In this document: piece after piece, positions 50,850 to 63,374 of the stretch
How the letters are laid out: the number at the start of each line of letters is the position of its first letter
Numbering within the stretch: position 1 is the stretch's first letter
From: Okamejei kenojei
Lineage: Eukaryota
Direction of reading: 5' to 3'
Length of the DNA stretch: 64,000 nucleotides
Assembly (NCBI GenBank): GCA_035221665.1
Contig: JAVHYY010000112.1
Coordinates: 372,001 to 436,000 of the forward strand
Made by a program: the position numbers and the translations under genes
The notes under the pieces: model-generated
Databases searched by the model: none
What the model saw: the letters and a program-made list of their open reading frames with translations, nothing else
Told to the model about the DNA's origin: nothing

Positions 50850-51395
50850 TGCATGCAGCTACAGCAGGTTGTGAAGAAAGCGAATGGCATGTTGGCATGT
50901 ATAACAAGCGGAATCGAATATAGGAACAAAGAGGTCCTTCTGCAGTTGTACAGACCTCGAATGAGACCATACCTGGAGTACTGTGTGCAGTTTTGGTCCC
51001 CTCATTTGAGAAAGGACATGCTTGCTATTGTGGGAGTGCAGCGTAGCATTACAAGGTTAATTTCCGGGTTGGCGGGACTGTCATATGCTGAGAGAATGGA
51101 GAAGCTGGGCTTGTACACTCTGGAGTGTAGAAGGATGAGAGGGAGTCTCATTGAAACATATAAGATTGTTAAAGGCTTGGAGACGCTGGAGGCAGGAAAC
51201 ATGTTCCCGATGTTGGGAGATGCTAGAACCACGCCCCTCAGTTTATGAATAAGCAGTAAGCCATTTATAACGGAGGCGAGGAAACACTTTTTCTCACAGA
51301 GAGTGGTGAGTCTGTGGAATTCTCTCCCTCAGGGGGCGGTGGAGTCAGGTTCACTGGATGCTTTCAAGAGAGAACTGGATAGGACTCTTAAAATA
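50850..51395 (+). mobile_element. CR1 3' fragment specific to duplication copy 2
   Basis: ORF 50853-51248 VKKANGMLA...RPYLEYCVQFWSP. Confidence 0.88.
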
Positions 51396-52389
51396 TGTTT
51401 CCATGTTAGCATCGAATTTAAAGTTAATTGAATTTAAAGTAAAACATGTTGATAAATCAGTCAAAATACAGAAAAGAGTGAACGCCTTTTGCGACTTCTT
51501 TTGTTAACGCAAGAAAATCGTGGATATGATGCTTGAAATACATCTTGAAGGGTGGCGCAGATTGTAGAGCTGCTGCCTCACAGTCCCGGAATCTGGGTTG
51601 GATGGTGACGTCCAGACTGTATATTTAGAATATTTCTTTCCAGTCTCCGCGTGGGTTTCTTCTGGATCATTTGGTTAACCCTCACATCCCCAAGATGTGC
51701 GAGTTAGTAGGTTAAATGGCCACGGCAAATTTGCTCTTACGATATAGGTAGCAGAATAGAATGCGGAGTAAGGGGGGACCAGTGTGAATGGGTGATAAAT
51801 CGGTCGGCGTGGACTCGGTCGGCCCAAAGACCTATTTCCACGTTGTACATCGAAACTGAAAGCCTAACGTTCGCCGGTTACTTAAAATTATTTCTATGTT
51901 CAAAGATGTATACGGTGAGATTCACAGTGAACTCTAAACCACAATACTGCAGGTCAGGAAATGTGGGGAACGTACGCAACGCATCATGCCATAATGTACG
52001 TTCACTGAGTGTATGATAGTGTGCGTGGACCCACCCGCGTTTGTACGCGCAAATAACCCAGATGAACCGTGGTGCGCCAATCAGATCGTGTTCTGGACTC
52101 GCGAGTGGTCCCATCCGATGGTCACCAGATTGCTCCCCGTGACGCAGTCAATGCGATCTTTTGAAATCGGTGCTTGTGATAATAAATAGGCAATTTGGAA
52201 CACATTTCTGGCCTTGCAATAATGTCGTGGTACTTATCAGTAAAATACATTGAGAGACCGCGGTTGTACACGTGGCAGTGTGGGTATGTCATGTTTATAA
52301 CGGTCATGTGATAGGGTTGGGGGTCATGATGCACTGAAACTGCAGGGAACGAACTGCAAATGCAAAGATAGTTTGGAGTGGTTAACAGC

Positions 52390-52880
52390 GGTGCCTGTCA
52401 CGATTTATTCCGAACAGCTCTGTCGCAGAGGACTCTTCACGGACTGTTCCCAGGGACGCATTGAGAGGCCGACATTCGAGTGCTGCTGGAAGGTCATCAA
52501 CTCGGTGAAAGACGCTCTTTGGTGTGCCTGAGCTTTGATGATCTCCCAGCAAAGCGAGATGTCCGTCGGGGAATGCTGCTGACTGCCCCGCTGCAGACTG
52601 CAAGAGTGCAGCCAACGCCAAGGCTCCGTGGGTAGGACCACAGTCTAGGGTCTTTCCGCTGCTGGGCATGGGGGCAGGATGTGGTGCAGTCGCCCCTCAA
52701 AATAAGAGAAGGGATACCACGCAAGTGGGCCACATGAGTGGCAAGGGTGGGAGGTAAAATTGTGCGATTTATGTGAACAGCATTGAATGTACGTTTAGCC
52801 TCCGAGAATGTCGGATGGGGTTTTGGAACGATCAAGTATTGTAACTATTTATTTCTCGAATAAAGTATAGTTTGAAATAC
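52390..52880 (+). mobile_element. Tx1-type LINE 3' end (copy in duplication 2)
   Basis: CCWKVINSVKDALWCA...VGECC...GRTTV stop; AATAAA near 52860. Confidence 0.7.
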
Positions 52881-54414
52881 AAAAACATGACGCACTATGA
52901 CTGTTTCCACAATTGACAATAATCATAGTTGTTTTTCCCATAGTCGATGTCTGTGAAGGCGGACCATTTCCATGTAAAGACCCAGTCAAATGTTGCGATT
53001 TCTCATTTTATGGCTGCTCCTCCTCAACTGCCCTGATATCCACGCCACTCCGCGAGCCAGTGAGCGAGAGTGCATTTGAATTATCTTCCAATCTCCAATG
53101 GATTGTTTACATGACGGACAACACGTTGTAGAATTAGCATATTGGAAACATGATTTGTGGGACAATGTTAGCTTATATTTTCTTTGATTATGGAGATATA
53201 TTTTCAATGTGAATCTCAATATTAGTTTGAAAATGAGACCCCTGGTTGCCTGAACCTGTCTGGATTATGGTAGTGTTAGCCTTTGGGAGCAAAAATGTTT
53301 ATGTATTTTGCATATCATTTTAATGTCAGTGAGCTGCAGACTGTTCACGTGGTGGCGGCGACGCTGAAACTACACAGTGTGAACCGTGCGCGGTCCAATA
53401 GTGTTTCGACTGGAGACAGAAAAACACCGCCATGCTCACTGACCACGAATCGAATCCAGGCAGCAACGGTCTGTGCGCAGAATGCAGATCGACAGACCAC
53501 TCGATTTACTGCGGCAACTCAGGAAATTCCAAACCTATTTTGCAGGCTAGCTGTGGTTAAAGTTCAACAATCTTTACAAAAACAATTCACACATTTTGTC
53601 GGCACAGTGGCGCAGCTGCTGCCCCAAAGCGTCTGAGACCCGGGATCAATCCTGTACTCGGGTGATGTCTGAGTGCAGATAGTGTCGCTATCGTCCAGGT
53701 GCTCTGATTTCCTCCCGTAGCCAAAATATGTTTGATTTGTTAGGTTAATTGGCCACTGTAAACATGTATCAAGTGTGCAAGAAATAGATGGAAAAGTGGA
53801 ATTACATGGAACGAAAGTGATCGGATCATCGATGGTCGGCGTGGACTAGGTGGGATGAGGTCCTCAGGTTTGAATTTCATATGCCAAAACATAGCAGATG
53901 GAGGTGAGTGTAACTGAAAACATTGAGTGAAAATGGCTTCTTGCACACCCTTCTGGCTTTGCTTGTAATTTACTTCATACAGAAATCTCGTGCATTTCTC
54001 AATGAAAATATTAAAACATCGTAATAACTACAATTTTCTCGACACGGCCGAACCGAATGCACAACTGTCCACTGCCTGTCGTCTTTGGACGGATGCCCTT
54101 AATACTGTGGTGATTTGGTTTAGTATCATGGCATCATATAGTCTTACACCTTCACTGCCGGTTACCAGAACAAGTATGCCTTCCTCAACCAGGGTTCATT
54201 CAAGCGGATGCGACAACTCTCACGGGAAATGCTGGATTCCGGCTACAGTTGGCTGAGACCCCGCTGCTCACCCACATCTCTGACGCCTCCTCTGGGGGCA
54301 CAGGGCAGTGTCAGCGAACATCCGGAGACCAGCAGACGCTCTATGACTGAGAAAACGCTCCAGTTTGTGTATCTTCAAGTTTGGAACTCAGCTAGTACAG
54401 AGTGAACGGGTAAA

Positions 54415-54885
54415 ATGCGTTTCCTCGGCATCTGTGTTGGGTGGGGAGCGTTTCTGACAGGTAATTCTGGATCAAATGTTTCAGTTCCCATCGCCCTCTT
54501 CAGTCACGTTTTGGCTTTAGAAGTGCAATTTCATGGTACTCCGGGGTCTGTTACTATCTCAATATATTTATTTTACAGTCACGATTCACGGCGAGTCTAT
54601 CACACAGCCACTGCCCTCGGCGAAGAAGACAAAAGGAGAAGCGGTGACTTTAACCTGTAACTATGATACCACATGGAATGCATATACTTTATTCTGGTAC
54701 CGACAGTATCCAGGCATGCAGCCCGAGTTTACTATGTTGAGAGATACCGACAACAATGAACGTAAGGCCCAATACGCTGATACCCGTTTCTCTATTGAGC
54801 TCAAAACCGCGACTAAGTTCACCAGCTTGAGTATCTCAAGGCTGGATCTCAGCGACTCTGCAGTCTATTACTGCGCACTGAGGAG
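54415..54885 (+). CDS. Intact TCR alpha/delta V gene segment (leader 54415-54460, V exon 54579-54885)
   Basis: Leader MRFLGICVGWGAFLT with G|GTAATT donor. Acceptor tttacag|, then TIHGESITQPLPSAKKTKGEAVTLTCNYDTTWNAYTLFWYRQYPGMQPEF...TRFSIELKTATKFTSLSISRLDLSDSAVYYCALR. Confidence 0.96.
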
Positions 54886-54923
54886 CACAGTGATGGAAAC
54901 AAGTTAAGCCCGTTACAAAAACG
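54886..54923 (+). other. Two-turn RSS (22-nt spacer)
   Basis: CACAGTG + 22 nt + ACAAAAACG. Confidence 0.95.
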
Positions 54924-56884
54924 TCGCGTTTGTCTTGCTCTCTGCTCCGCTGATGCGGTTAGATGTGCCTGCTTTCCTGTTCTCTGTCATTTGTCAGTTT
55001 GCTTTCATTCTGTGCAGGTGTCCTGGTGGTTTAATTGCTTCCAACTGCGAGCCGCTTCTCCGGAATCCGTTTCCATATCATTAACCGCTAGCTGCAGATA
55101 ATTATAAGAGCTCTTACGCCAGCGGGATAGGAAATGTGACCAGAGATCTGAAACGTTTTTTGCCGTTTCACTCTCTCTCTCAGTCCTCGATAACCTGTTT
55201 AATAACTGCAAATGCGATTACCTAGAATGGGGCATTTTGATCGACATGGCCGTTCGACCGAAGGGTCTGTTTACGTGCTGTGTCATTTAATGCCTTGAAA
55301 CAAAGTCACTGATCCATGGGGGAATTGAATGGAAATATTTTTGATGAGGCTGCACAGAGGGAGCCCGGCTCCACATGTGACCTGTCCTGACAGTGTCTTA
55401 AGGGACCTAGAAATGGGAGTGCCTGGAACAGAATTATCATTAATGTTCCCGGCGCGGTGTGAAACAAGGCGCAGTCCACTGTATATTCTTTCCTCACACC
55501 ATTGTCCCAATTAAAATAATAGAAAGTTAAATATCTGGGCCGTCCAATTTTGTTTGCAATCACAAAGAGGATGAGTTTGTTCCAACAATGTAATGCCAGC
55601 ACGTGAACAGAATGCTTCTAGGTAAATAAGGTCTACGTCTATACGATCAGTTACCCGAGCATCATTGCACCACTCAGTGTAAGCTGCACAATGTAACATG
55701 GACTAAAATGAAGAAAATCTCAGACGTCGATTCTAATGACATTGGTATAAAATAAGAATCTCTCAGTCCAATTTAATAGACATCCATGACTTGATCAGTG
55801 GCCTTGATTTCTGCCATTAAAATGTTATTTTACCAGAGATTTAAATTTCTATAAGGGGTCTTTGTGTAAAAGATAGGTAGTAGGTGTGTTGCTAGATTAC
55901 AATTCAACGAAGCACTGATTTCATCGGATGCAACTGTGAAGTACCAGTTCTGAAAGTAACGCGCCCTACCGCGGTTACTTATAGAACTGCAACTAATTCC
56001 CTCCTTCCCCACTGAAGTAACATAGCATCCTACTAGATTCACTACATATTTGTGCCCCCAAACAAAATGTTTTCTGCCCAACACCGTCGACATTCGCTTG
56101 AAAGAGTGAACAGGATATATAGGTAAACTTTGATGGAAATTTAGATCGCAATATTCTACAGGTCTTCTTGGTGCAGGAGTTCAGCAGCACCAGCCTGCAT
56201 CCACTTTATTTGAGGATAAACATTGGATCAGTGGCATTAGCCCGGCTAGTAAATATAAAATGTACAAGGTAAGGCGAACGCAAAAGGATACAGCTTCACT
56301 ATATTGCCATCAGTAAGATGATGGACATTCCTCCGTTCTTCATTGCTAGCTCACTGTTTGCTCCATTGCTCTCTGCCCGGAGTCTCCCGCGGTTTCTACT
56401 GCCCTCCAGGGTTTCTCTGACCGTCTGCAGTGTGAGTAACAGAATGAGGGGGAACGGGAAGCAACGGTTTTAAAAACGTCGTTGCCATTCGTGAACTCTC
56501 CACGCGGTTGAAGGGTAAAACATTTTGCAGAAGCAGGGTACGTTATCAAACAGATTCGAACAAAAGGTAAAAGTGGACAATTTTGACTCCTCTAACAATG
56601 CAGGAGACCCAGCACAGAGAGGTCAGTGTGGAATGGAAGGGGGAGTTAATGTGTTTAGCAAGTGGGAGTTCAAGCAGTTTTTGACCGGAAGTGTTCAGCA
56701 AAGCGATCACAGAGCCTGCATGTTGCCGAGGATTGCGCCTGTTAATTTACTTGCAACCGTCGAACCCCCTAGCTTAAAAAGTAACACGATTGTTTGTGCA
56801 GTAAATAAGTTAATGCGTCTGGAGGCAGAGAGAGTGGTCTTGCAGATAGGAAGGGAGTTGGAGAGTAGCTGATTAGCTCATTTT

Positions 56885-58220
56885 CAATAGACAATAGGCG
56901 CAGGAGTAGGCCATTCGGCCCTTCGAGCCAACACCCTCATTCAACGTGATAATTCAAGATTCAAGATTCAAGAAAGTTTATTGTCATCTGTCCCTGATAG
57001 GAAAATGACATTCTTGCTTTGCTTCAGCACATCAGAACATAGTAGGCATGACTACATAACAGATCAGTGTTTCCATATACCATTATATAAACATATACAC
57101 ACATTAATAAATACACTGTTCAAGTGCAAATAAACAGATAATGGACTATTAATGTTCAATGTTTTGTCCGAGCCGAATTTAATAGCCTGATGGCTGTGGG
57201 GAAATAGCTATTCCTAAACCTGGTCGTTGCAGTCTTCAGGCTCCTGTACCTTCTGCCGGAAAGTAGCGGGAAGATGTGTGTGTGTGACCAGGATGGTGTG
57301 GGTCCTTGATGATACTGCCAGCCTTTTTGAGGCAGCGAATGCGATAGATCCCCTCGATGGAAGGGAGGTCAGAACCGATGATGGACTGGCAGTGTTTATT
57401 ACTTTTTGTAGTCTTCGCTCTAGGGCGCTGAATTTGCCGAAGCAAGCCACGATGCAACCGGTCAGCATGCTCTCTACTGTGCACCTGTAGAAGTTAGAGA
57501 GAGTCCTCCTTGACAAACCGACTCTCCGTAATCTTCTCAGGAAGTAGAGGCGCTGATGTGCTTTGTTAATAATTGCATCAGTGTTCTCGGACAAGGAAAG
57601 ATCGTCCGAGATGTGCACGCCCAGGAATTTGAAGCTCTTGACCCTTTCAACCATCGACCCGTTGATATAAACGGGACTGTGGATCCCCATCATACTCCTT
57701 CCAAAGTCCACAATCAGTTCCTTGGTCTTGGTGGTGTTGAGGCCCAGGTTATTGTGCTAGCACCATATGGACAGTCGCTCGATCTCTCTTCTATACTCTG
57801 TCTCATCCCCATCAGCGATACGTCCCACAACAGTGATCATCATCCTCAATCAGCACCCCGTTCCTGCCTTCTCCCCATATCCCCTGACTTCGCTATCCTT
57901 AAGAGACCTATCTATCTCTCTCTTGATAGTATCCAGAGAAGCGGCCTCCACCGCCCTCTGAGGCAGAGAATGCCACAGACTCACTATTCTCTGTGCGAAA
58001 ATATGTTTCCTCGTCTCCATCTAGATGGCTTACTCCTTATTCTTAAACAGTGGCCCCTTGTTCTGGACTCCCCTAACATCAGGAACATGTTTCCTGCCTC
58101 TAGCGTGTGCAACCCCTTAATAACATTATATGTTTCAATAAGATCACCTCTCATCCTTCTAAATTCGAGTGTATACAGTCACTCCATTCTTTCAAGATAT
58201 GCCAGTCGAGCCATCCCGGT
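56885..58220 (-). mobile_element. CR1 3' fragment with a nested Rex1-type LINE (about 56952-57830)
   Basis: CR1 tail at 56885-56950 resumes near 57835; ORF 57214-57711 VKSFKFLGVHISDDLS...KAHQRLYFLRRL...FYRCTVES; (TTCAAGA)n tail. Confidence 0.85.
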
Positions 58221-58764
58221 TAGAACCGACCGTTGGGAAAATCAAAGTTCTGACAGTCTACTATCGACGCTATCATAATCTAATGTAAACTAACTGAACT
58301 TGCACGCTGTACAAATTGGTGAACAGTAGCAAAGCCATTAGTGAATGGCTTTGCCAAGTCAGCAAGATGGACACATTTAATAAGAACAGTGTGTTTTAGA
58401 GCCGCATTTGCTCATTTACCGGAATGGTGGCTGGATTAGCGGCACAGGGAGAGATTCGTCATATTTGATTTATCTCCTTCTGGAATATCGGAGATTGCAG
58501 GAAGATTTGGTTGGGGTATGTAAAGTTATGAGAGGCTTCGATAGCGTTTGCTTCCATAACCTACCCGTAGCCCCCGCAGGAAGCATGGTCCTGTAACTCA
58601 AGCTGTTCCCGAACGAACGTCAAGCTGATCACTGCTAGCCGAGCCATTGTGACGTCACCAGTTGCAGCTGGTCGTTTTAAATTCAAAGTATGTTGAAGTT
58701 TTTAAACTTCTTACTTACTTTTAATCAGTAATAAGTCAAGAAATAAAGCATAAAATGTTCAGTG

Positions 58765-59285
58765 ATGTCAACAAAATAGAGAGAGTACAGAGGAGATTTA
58801 CTAGAATGTTGCCAGGGTTCCAGCAACTATGTTACAGAGAAAGGTTGAACAAGTTAGGTCTTTATTCTTTGGAGCGCAGAAGGTTTAGGGGGGACTTGAT
58901 TGAGGTCTTTAAAATGATGAAAGGGATAGACAGAGTTGACGCGGATAAGTTTTTCCAATTGAGGGTAGGGAAGATTCAAACACGAGGGCATGACATGAGA
59001 ATTAAGGGACAGAAGTTTAGGGGTAACGGGAGGGGGGACTTCTTTACTCAGAGGCTGGTGGCTGTGTGGAATGAGCTTCCAGCAGACGTGGTGGAGGCAG
59101 GATCGATTTTAACATTTAAAAGTAAAGTGGATAGGTATATGGACGTGAAGGGAATGGAGGGGTATGGTCTGAGTGCAGGTATATGGGACTAGGGGAAAAC
59201 AAATGGTCGGCACGGACTGGAAGGGCCGAGAGGGCCTGTTTCCGTGCTGTAATTGTTATATGGTTATATGTTATATGGTTATAAG
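58765..59285 (+). mobile_element. Young CR1 3' fragment
   Basis: ORF 58755-59192 DVNKIERVQRRFTRMLPG...; GTTATATG repeats at the 3' end. Confidence 0.92.
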
Positions 59286-59617
59286 GTGTTCTCGCCCTCG
59301 AGGGGAAAAATGTCAATCAGAATATGTAAAAATGTAATCGTTACCGCGTCGAGAGCGGAGGATGTGGGGAGAGAGTATTCAACTCAAATTTGTAGCGCAC
59401 CAAATCTCAGCCGCCATCGGCGGAGAAAATCAATTAATGGATTTCTCACCTTTCGTTGCCCTGCTGGAGGAGATTAATCCGACTCTCTGAGCACTCCTTT
59501 CGAATCTCAAATAGGTAGAGCTCCAGCGTCGGCGCTGCATCCATGGAGGTGGGACATACATGCAAATCGATTCAGAATTACTTTAGCACACAGGCGAACT
59601 TACTCACTTTCCGCCCT

Positions 59618-61140
59618 CTAGGTCTTTATTCTTTGGAGCGCAGAAGGTTAAGGGGGGACTTGATTGAGGTCTTTAAAATGATAGAAACATAGAAACATAG
59701 AAATTAGGTGCAGGAGTAGGCCATTCAGCCCTTCGAGCCTGCACCGCCATTCAATATGATCATGGCTGATCATCCAACTCAGTATCCCGTACCTGCCTTC
59801 TCTCCATACCCTCTGATCCCCTTAGCCACAAGGGCCACATCCAACTCACTCTTAAATATAGCCAATGAACTGGCCTCAACTACCCTCTGTGGCAGAGAGT
59901 TCCAGAGACTCACCACTCTCTGTGTGAAAAAAGTCTTTCTCATCTCGGTCTTAAAGGATTTCCCCCTTAACCTTAAGCTGTGACCCCTTGTCCTGGACTT
60001 CCCCAACATCGGGAACAATCTTCCCGCATCTAGCCTGTCCAACCCCTTTTTCTATAAGATCCCCTCTTAATCTCCTAAATTCAGAGAGTATAAACCGAGT
60101 CTATCCAGTCTTTCTTCATAAGACAGTCCTGACATCCAGGAATCAGTCTGGTGAACCTTCTCTGCACTCCCTCTATGGCAATAATGTCCTTCCTCGGATT
60201 TGGAGACCAAAACTGCACGCAATACTCCAGGTGTGGTCTCACCAAGACCCTGTACAACTGAAGTAGAACCTCCCTGCTCCTGTACTCAAATCCTTTTGCT
60301 ATGAAAGCTAACATACCATTCGCTTTTTTCACTGCCTGCTGCACCTGCATGCCTACTTTCAATGACTGGTGTACCATGACACCCAGGTCTCGCTGCATCT
60401 CCCCTTTTCCTAATCGGCCACCATTGAAAGGGATAGACAGAGTTGACGCGGATAAGTTTTTCCCATTGAGGGTAGGGAAGATTCAAACACGAGGGCATGA
60501 CATGAGAATTAAGGGACAGAAGTTTAGGGGTAACACGCTCGCTTGTTACACTCTGCTTCCATTAAAAATATAAATAGTATTGCCAACTTGTATGAATAGC
60601 ATCCACTACCTTTGGCTGCATCTGGTGCAGAGTTAATAATTGTGATGAAAACCTAAAACCTCTGTAAGATGCAATGAGGCATTACATTCAGAGCGAGAAG
60701 CAAAAATAAAATCGAACTCTGATTAACGTAAATGTTGCAGCAAACATAAAAATAAAACATAAAAGATAGATACAGGAGTCGGCCATTCGGCCCTTCGACC
60801 CAGCACCGCCATTCAATATGATCATGGCTGATCATCCGGAATCAGTACCCTGTCCCTGCTTTTCCCCCATAATCCCTTGATTCCGTTAGCTATATAGAAA
60901 CATAGAAACATATAAAATAGGTGTAGGAGTAGGCAATTCGGCCCTTGGAGCCTGCACCGCCATTCAATATGATCATGGCTGATTATCCAACTCAGTATCC
61001 CGTTCCTGCCTTCTCTCCATACCCACTGATCCCTTTAGCCGCAAGGGCCACATCTAATTCCCTCTTAAATATAGCCAATGTACTGGCCTCAACTACCTTC
61101 TGTGGCAGAGAATTCGAGAGTCTCACCATTGTCTGTGTGA
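59618..61140. mobile_element. Nested CR1 fragments
   Basis: A plus-strand CR1 piece (59618-60535) is split at 59681-60424 by a minus-strand CR1 of another subfamily; further minus-strand CR1 tails at 60765-61140. Confidence 0.8.
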
Positions 61141-61456
61141 ACAGAGCAAGAATGTTATTAAACATATTTATGCACTTGGCATTTACATACGTAACCAAGG
61201 AACGTCTCAATGAAGAGTAGAGCAATGTTTAGGGCCATAACTCTATGCCTGCTTTCAATGGGTGCTAGAAACGTTGCCGTTGGATTCAAAGGAAAGTGGA
61301 AACAGTTAACGGCGAGGCTCAATTCCGGAAACATTAGAGGTCTGCTCCAGAACAACAGAGCACACGGTTCCACTTGGCCACGCTCCCCGCTGGACACATT
61401 GAATAACGCGCCCTTATTGCACGGCCAAATTTGCATTCCAGTGCAGGGGACGAGTT

Positions 61457-62360
61457 CAAGGCAAGGCAAGGCAAGGCAAGGGAAATGTATTTATATAGCA
61501 CCATTCGTACAAGCAGCAATTCCTAGTGATTTACAATATAAACAAAATAATAACATAATGAAAATACAGCAGAACAAACATACAACGCAGTACAACAAAT
61601 CACAACACAGCCAATAATCAAAAATTACAAAACAAGCAATAAGACAAATGCATGAATAGTAAAGCAAAGACACTAAAACAATAAAACGGTTTTAAAATAC
61701 ATAAAATGGATAAGATTAGAAGGTTAAGATTACGTGCATGTTGGGTTATGGAAAAGCTACAATAAACAACAGTGTTTTTAGGACTGATTTAAATGAGCTT
61801 ACATTCTGTACACACCTCAGGTGTTCAGGGAGTTTGTTCCACAGGTATGGAGCATAAAAAATGAACGCTGCTTCAGCCTTTTTAGTTCTGACCCTGGGAA
61901 CACAGAGTAAACCTTTCCATGAAGACCTGAGGAGTCTAGGTGCCTCATATACAAAAAGAAGGTCGGAGATGTATTTTGAACCCAGACCATTCAGTGCCTC
62001 GTAGGCCAGTAACAGAATTTTAAAATCTATCCTTTTACATACAGGGAGCCAGTGCAAAGATTTAAGGACAGGTGTAATGTGGTCCATTTTCTTGGTGTTG
62101 GTCAAGACTCTGGCAGCGGCATTCTGGATAAGCTGCAGCTGTTTAATTGATTTTTTTACTGAGACCTGTAAAGATACCATTACAATAATCTAACCTACTG
62201 AAGATATATGCATGAATACGTTTTTCAGTATCTTCTTTGGACAGAAATCCCTTGATTCTTGCAATGTGTGTTAGATGGTAATAGGCAGATTTGGTAATGG
62301 TCTTTATATGGCTGTTAAAATTTCAAATCCAAGTCCATAACTACACCAAGGTTCAGATTG
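61457..62360 (-). mobile_element. L2-clade LINE 3' fragment
   Basis: ORF 61746-62180 LQLIQNAAARVLT...HITPVLKSLHWLPV...FKILLL; (GGCAA)n tail at 61457-61481. Confidence 0.9.
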
Positions 62361-62460
62361 TGTTTCTCAGCTTTTTTTTGAAAATTTGGAAATATTTTAG
62401 AGGAAACTCCTTCATTACCTAGTTGTTGCACTCACTCACGAAGGGATTGGTATTGTAATC

Positions 62461-63374
62461 TTATTTTACACCAGGTTTTCTCGATTTTATTAAACTTACA
62501 GTTAGGGTGAAGGGGTACATGAGTACCTGGTACAGCTGCTCTCTGAACCTCGTCTGGGTCACGGTGTAAATAAGCGTGTTTGTGCAGGTGTTCAACAGTT
62601 GTAGCATAATTCCAGTTTGCTCAAATATTGCAAATGGGTTTTTCAACCCCCTGAACAAAAATCCAATCGTAATACGATAGAAAACGAAATATGCTACTGT
62701 TGTGCCCCAGAGCAGCATAAAGCTGCTGGAGATTGCAAGGAGTAAAATTACGGACCGTCTGCGGTTTGCGATCTCGGGGTCCTCACTACTGAGATTGCGG
62801 AGTTTTCTGCGGACACGACTGGCCAATAAAATGCGCCTGACTGTGAGCATGTTCATCAGCATAACCAAACAAAATGGAATGACTGCGATTAGCAGCTGTT
62901 GAGTCCAGGAAAATGCTATCCACGATGGTAGGCTATAAAATTGATATCGTATTCGGCAACCCCACCGTATACCCTGCTTATCGCTGAGAAAATAAGTGTA
63001 TGCAAACGGCCAGGGCGCGTTCTGTAAAATGAAGAACGCAGATAGGGTCACAATAACCACCAGCGCGGTTCGCTCGGTGCAGTATCTGGTTTTCAGATTC
63101 TGAGTGGAAATGGCCACAAAGCGATCAAATGTGAAAGCGACCGTGAGCCAAACAGAACAGGCTACGGCCGCGGGCGCGAGGAACATAATGGACCTGCACA
63201 CAGTATAGTGGAAGAGGAATGTGTCCACCCAGTAAAGGTCGGCAATCCGATGAAATATCACTTCGCAGGCGATCACTGAGAGGTCCGCCGTCGCCATGGC
63301 CACCAGGTAACGAGTGGTGCATTTGGAGACACCACAATTTCTGCGGAACAAGATCACAATCGCCAACACGTTCA
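62461..63374 (-). CDS. GPR139/GPR142-like class A GPCR, intact main (last) coding exon
   Basis: Acceptor ttttctactcccccag|TG AAC; 304-codon open frame with hydrophobic segments, YLVAMATAD (TM2), TFDRFVAI (DRY variant), DPE..NRRRS and TCTNTLIY (NPxxY variant). First exon not located in the window. Confidence 0.9.

Larger units (their letters stand above)
44780..55210 (+). repeat. Tandem segmental duplication, copy 2 (GPCR pseudogene, Tx1 fragment, intact V)
   Basis: Collinear with 34730-43840, with shared SINE, Penelope-terminus and Tx1 insertions. Confidence 0.9.
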
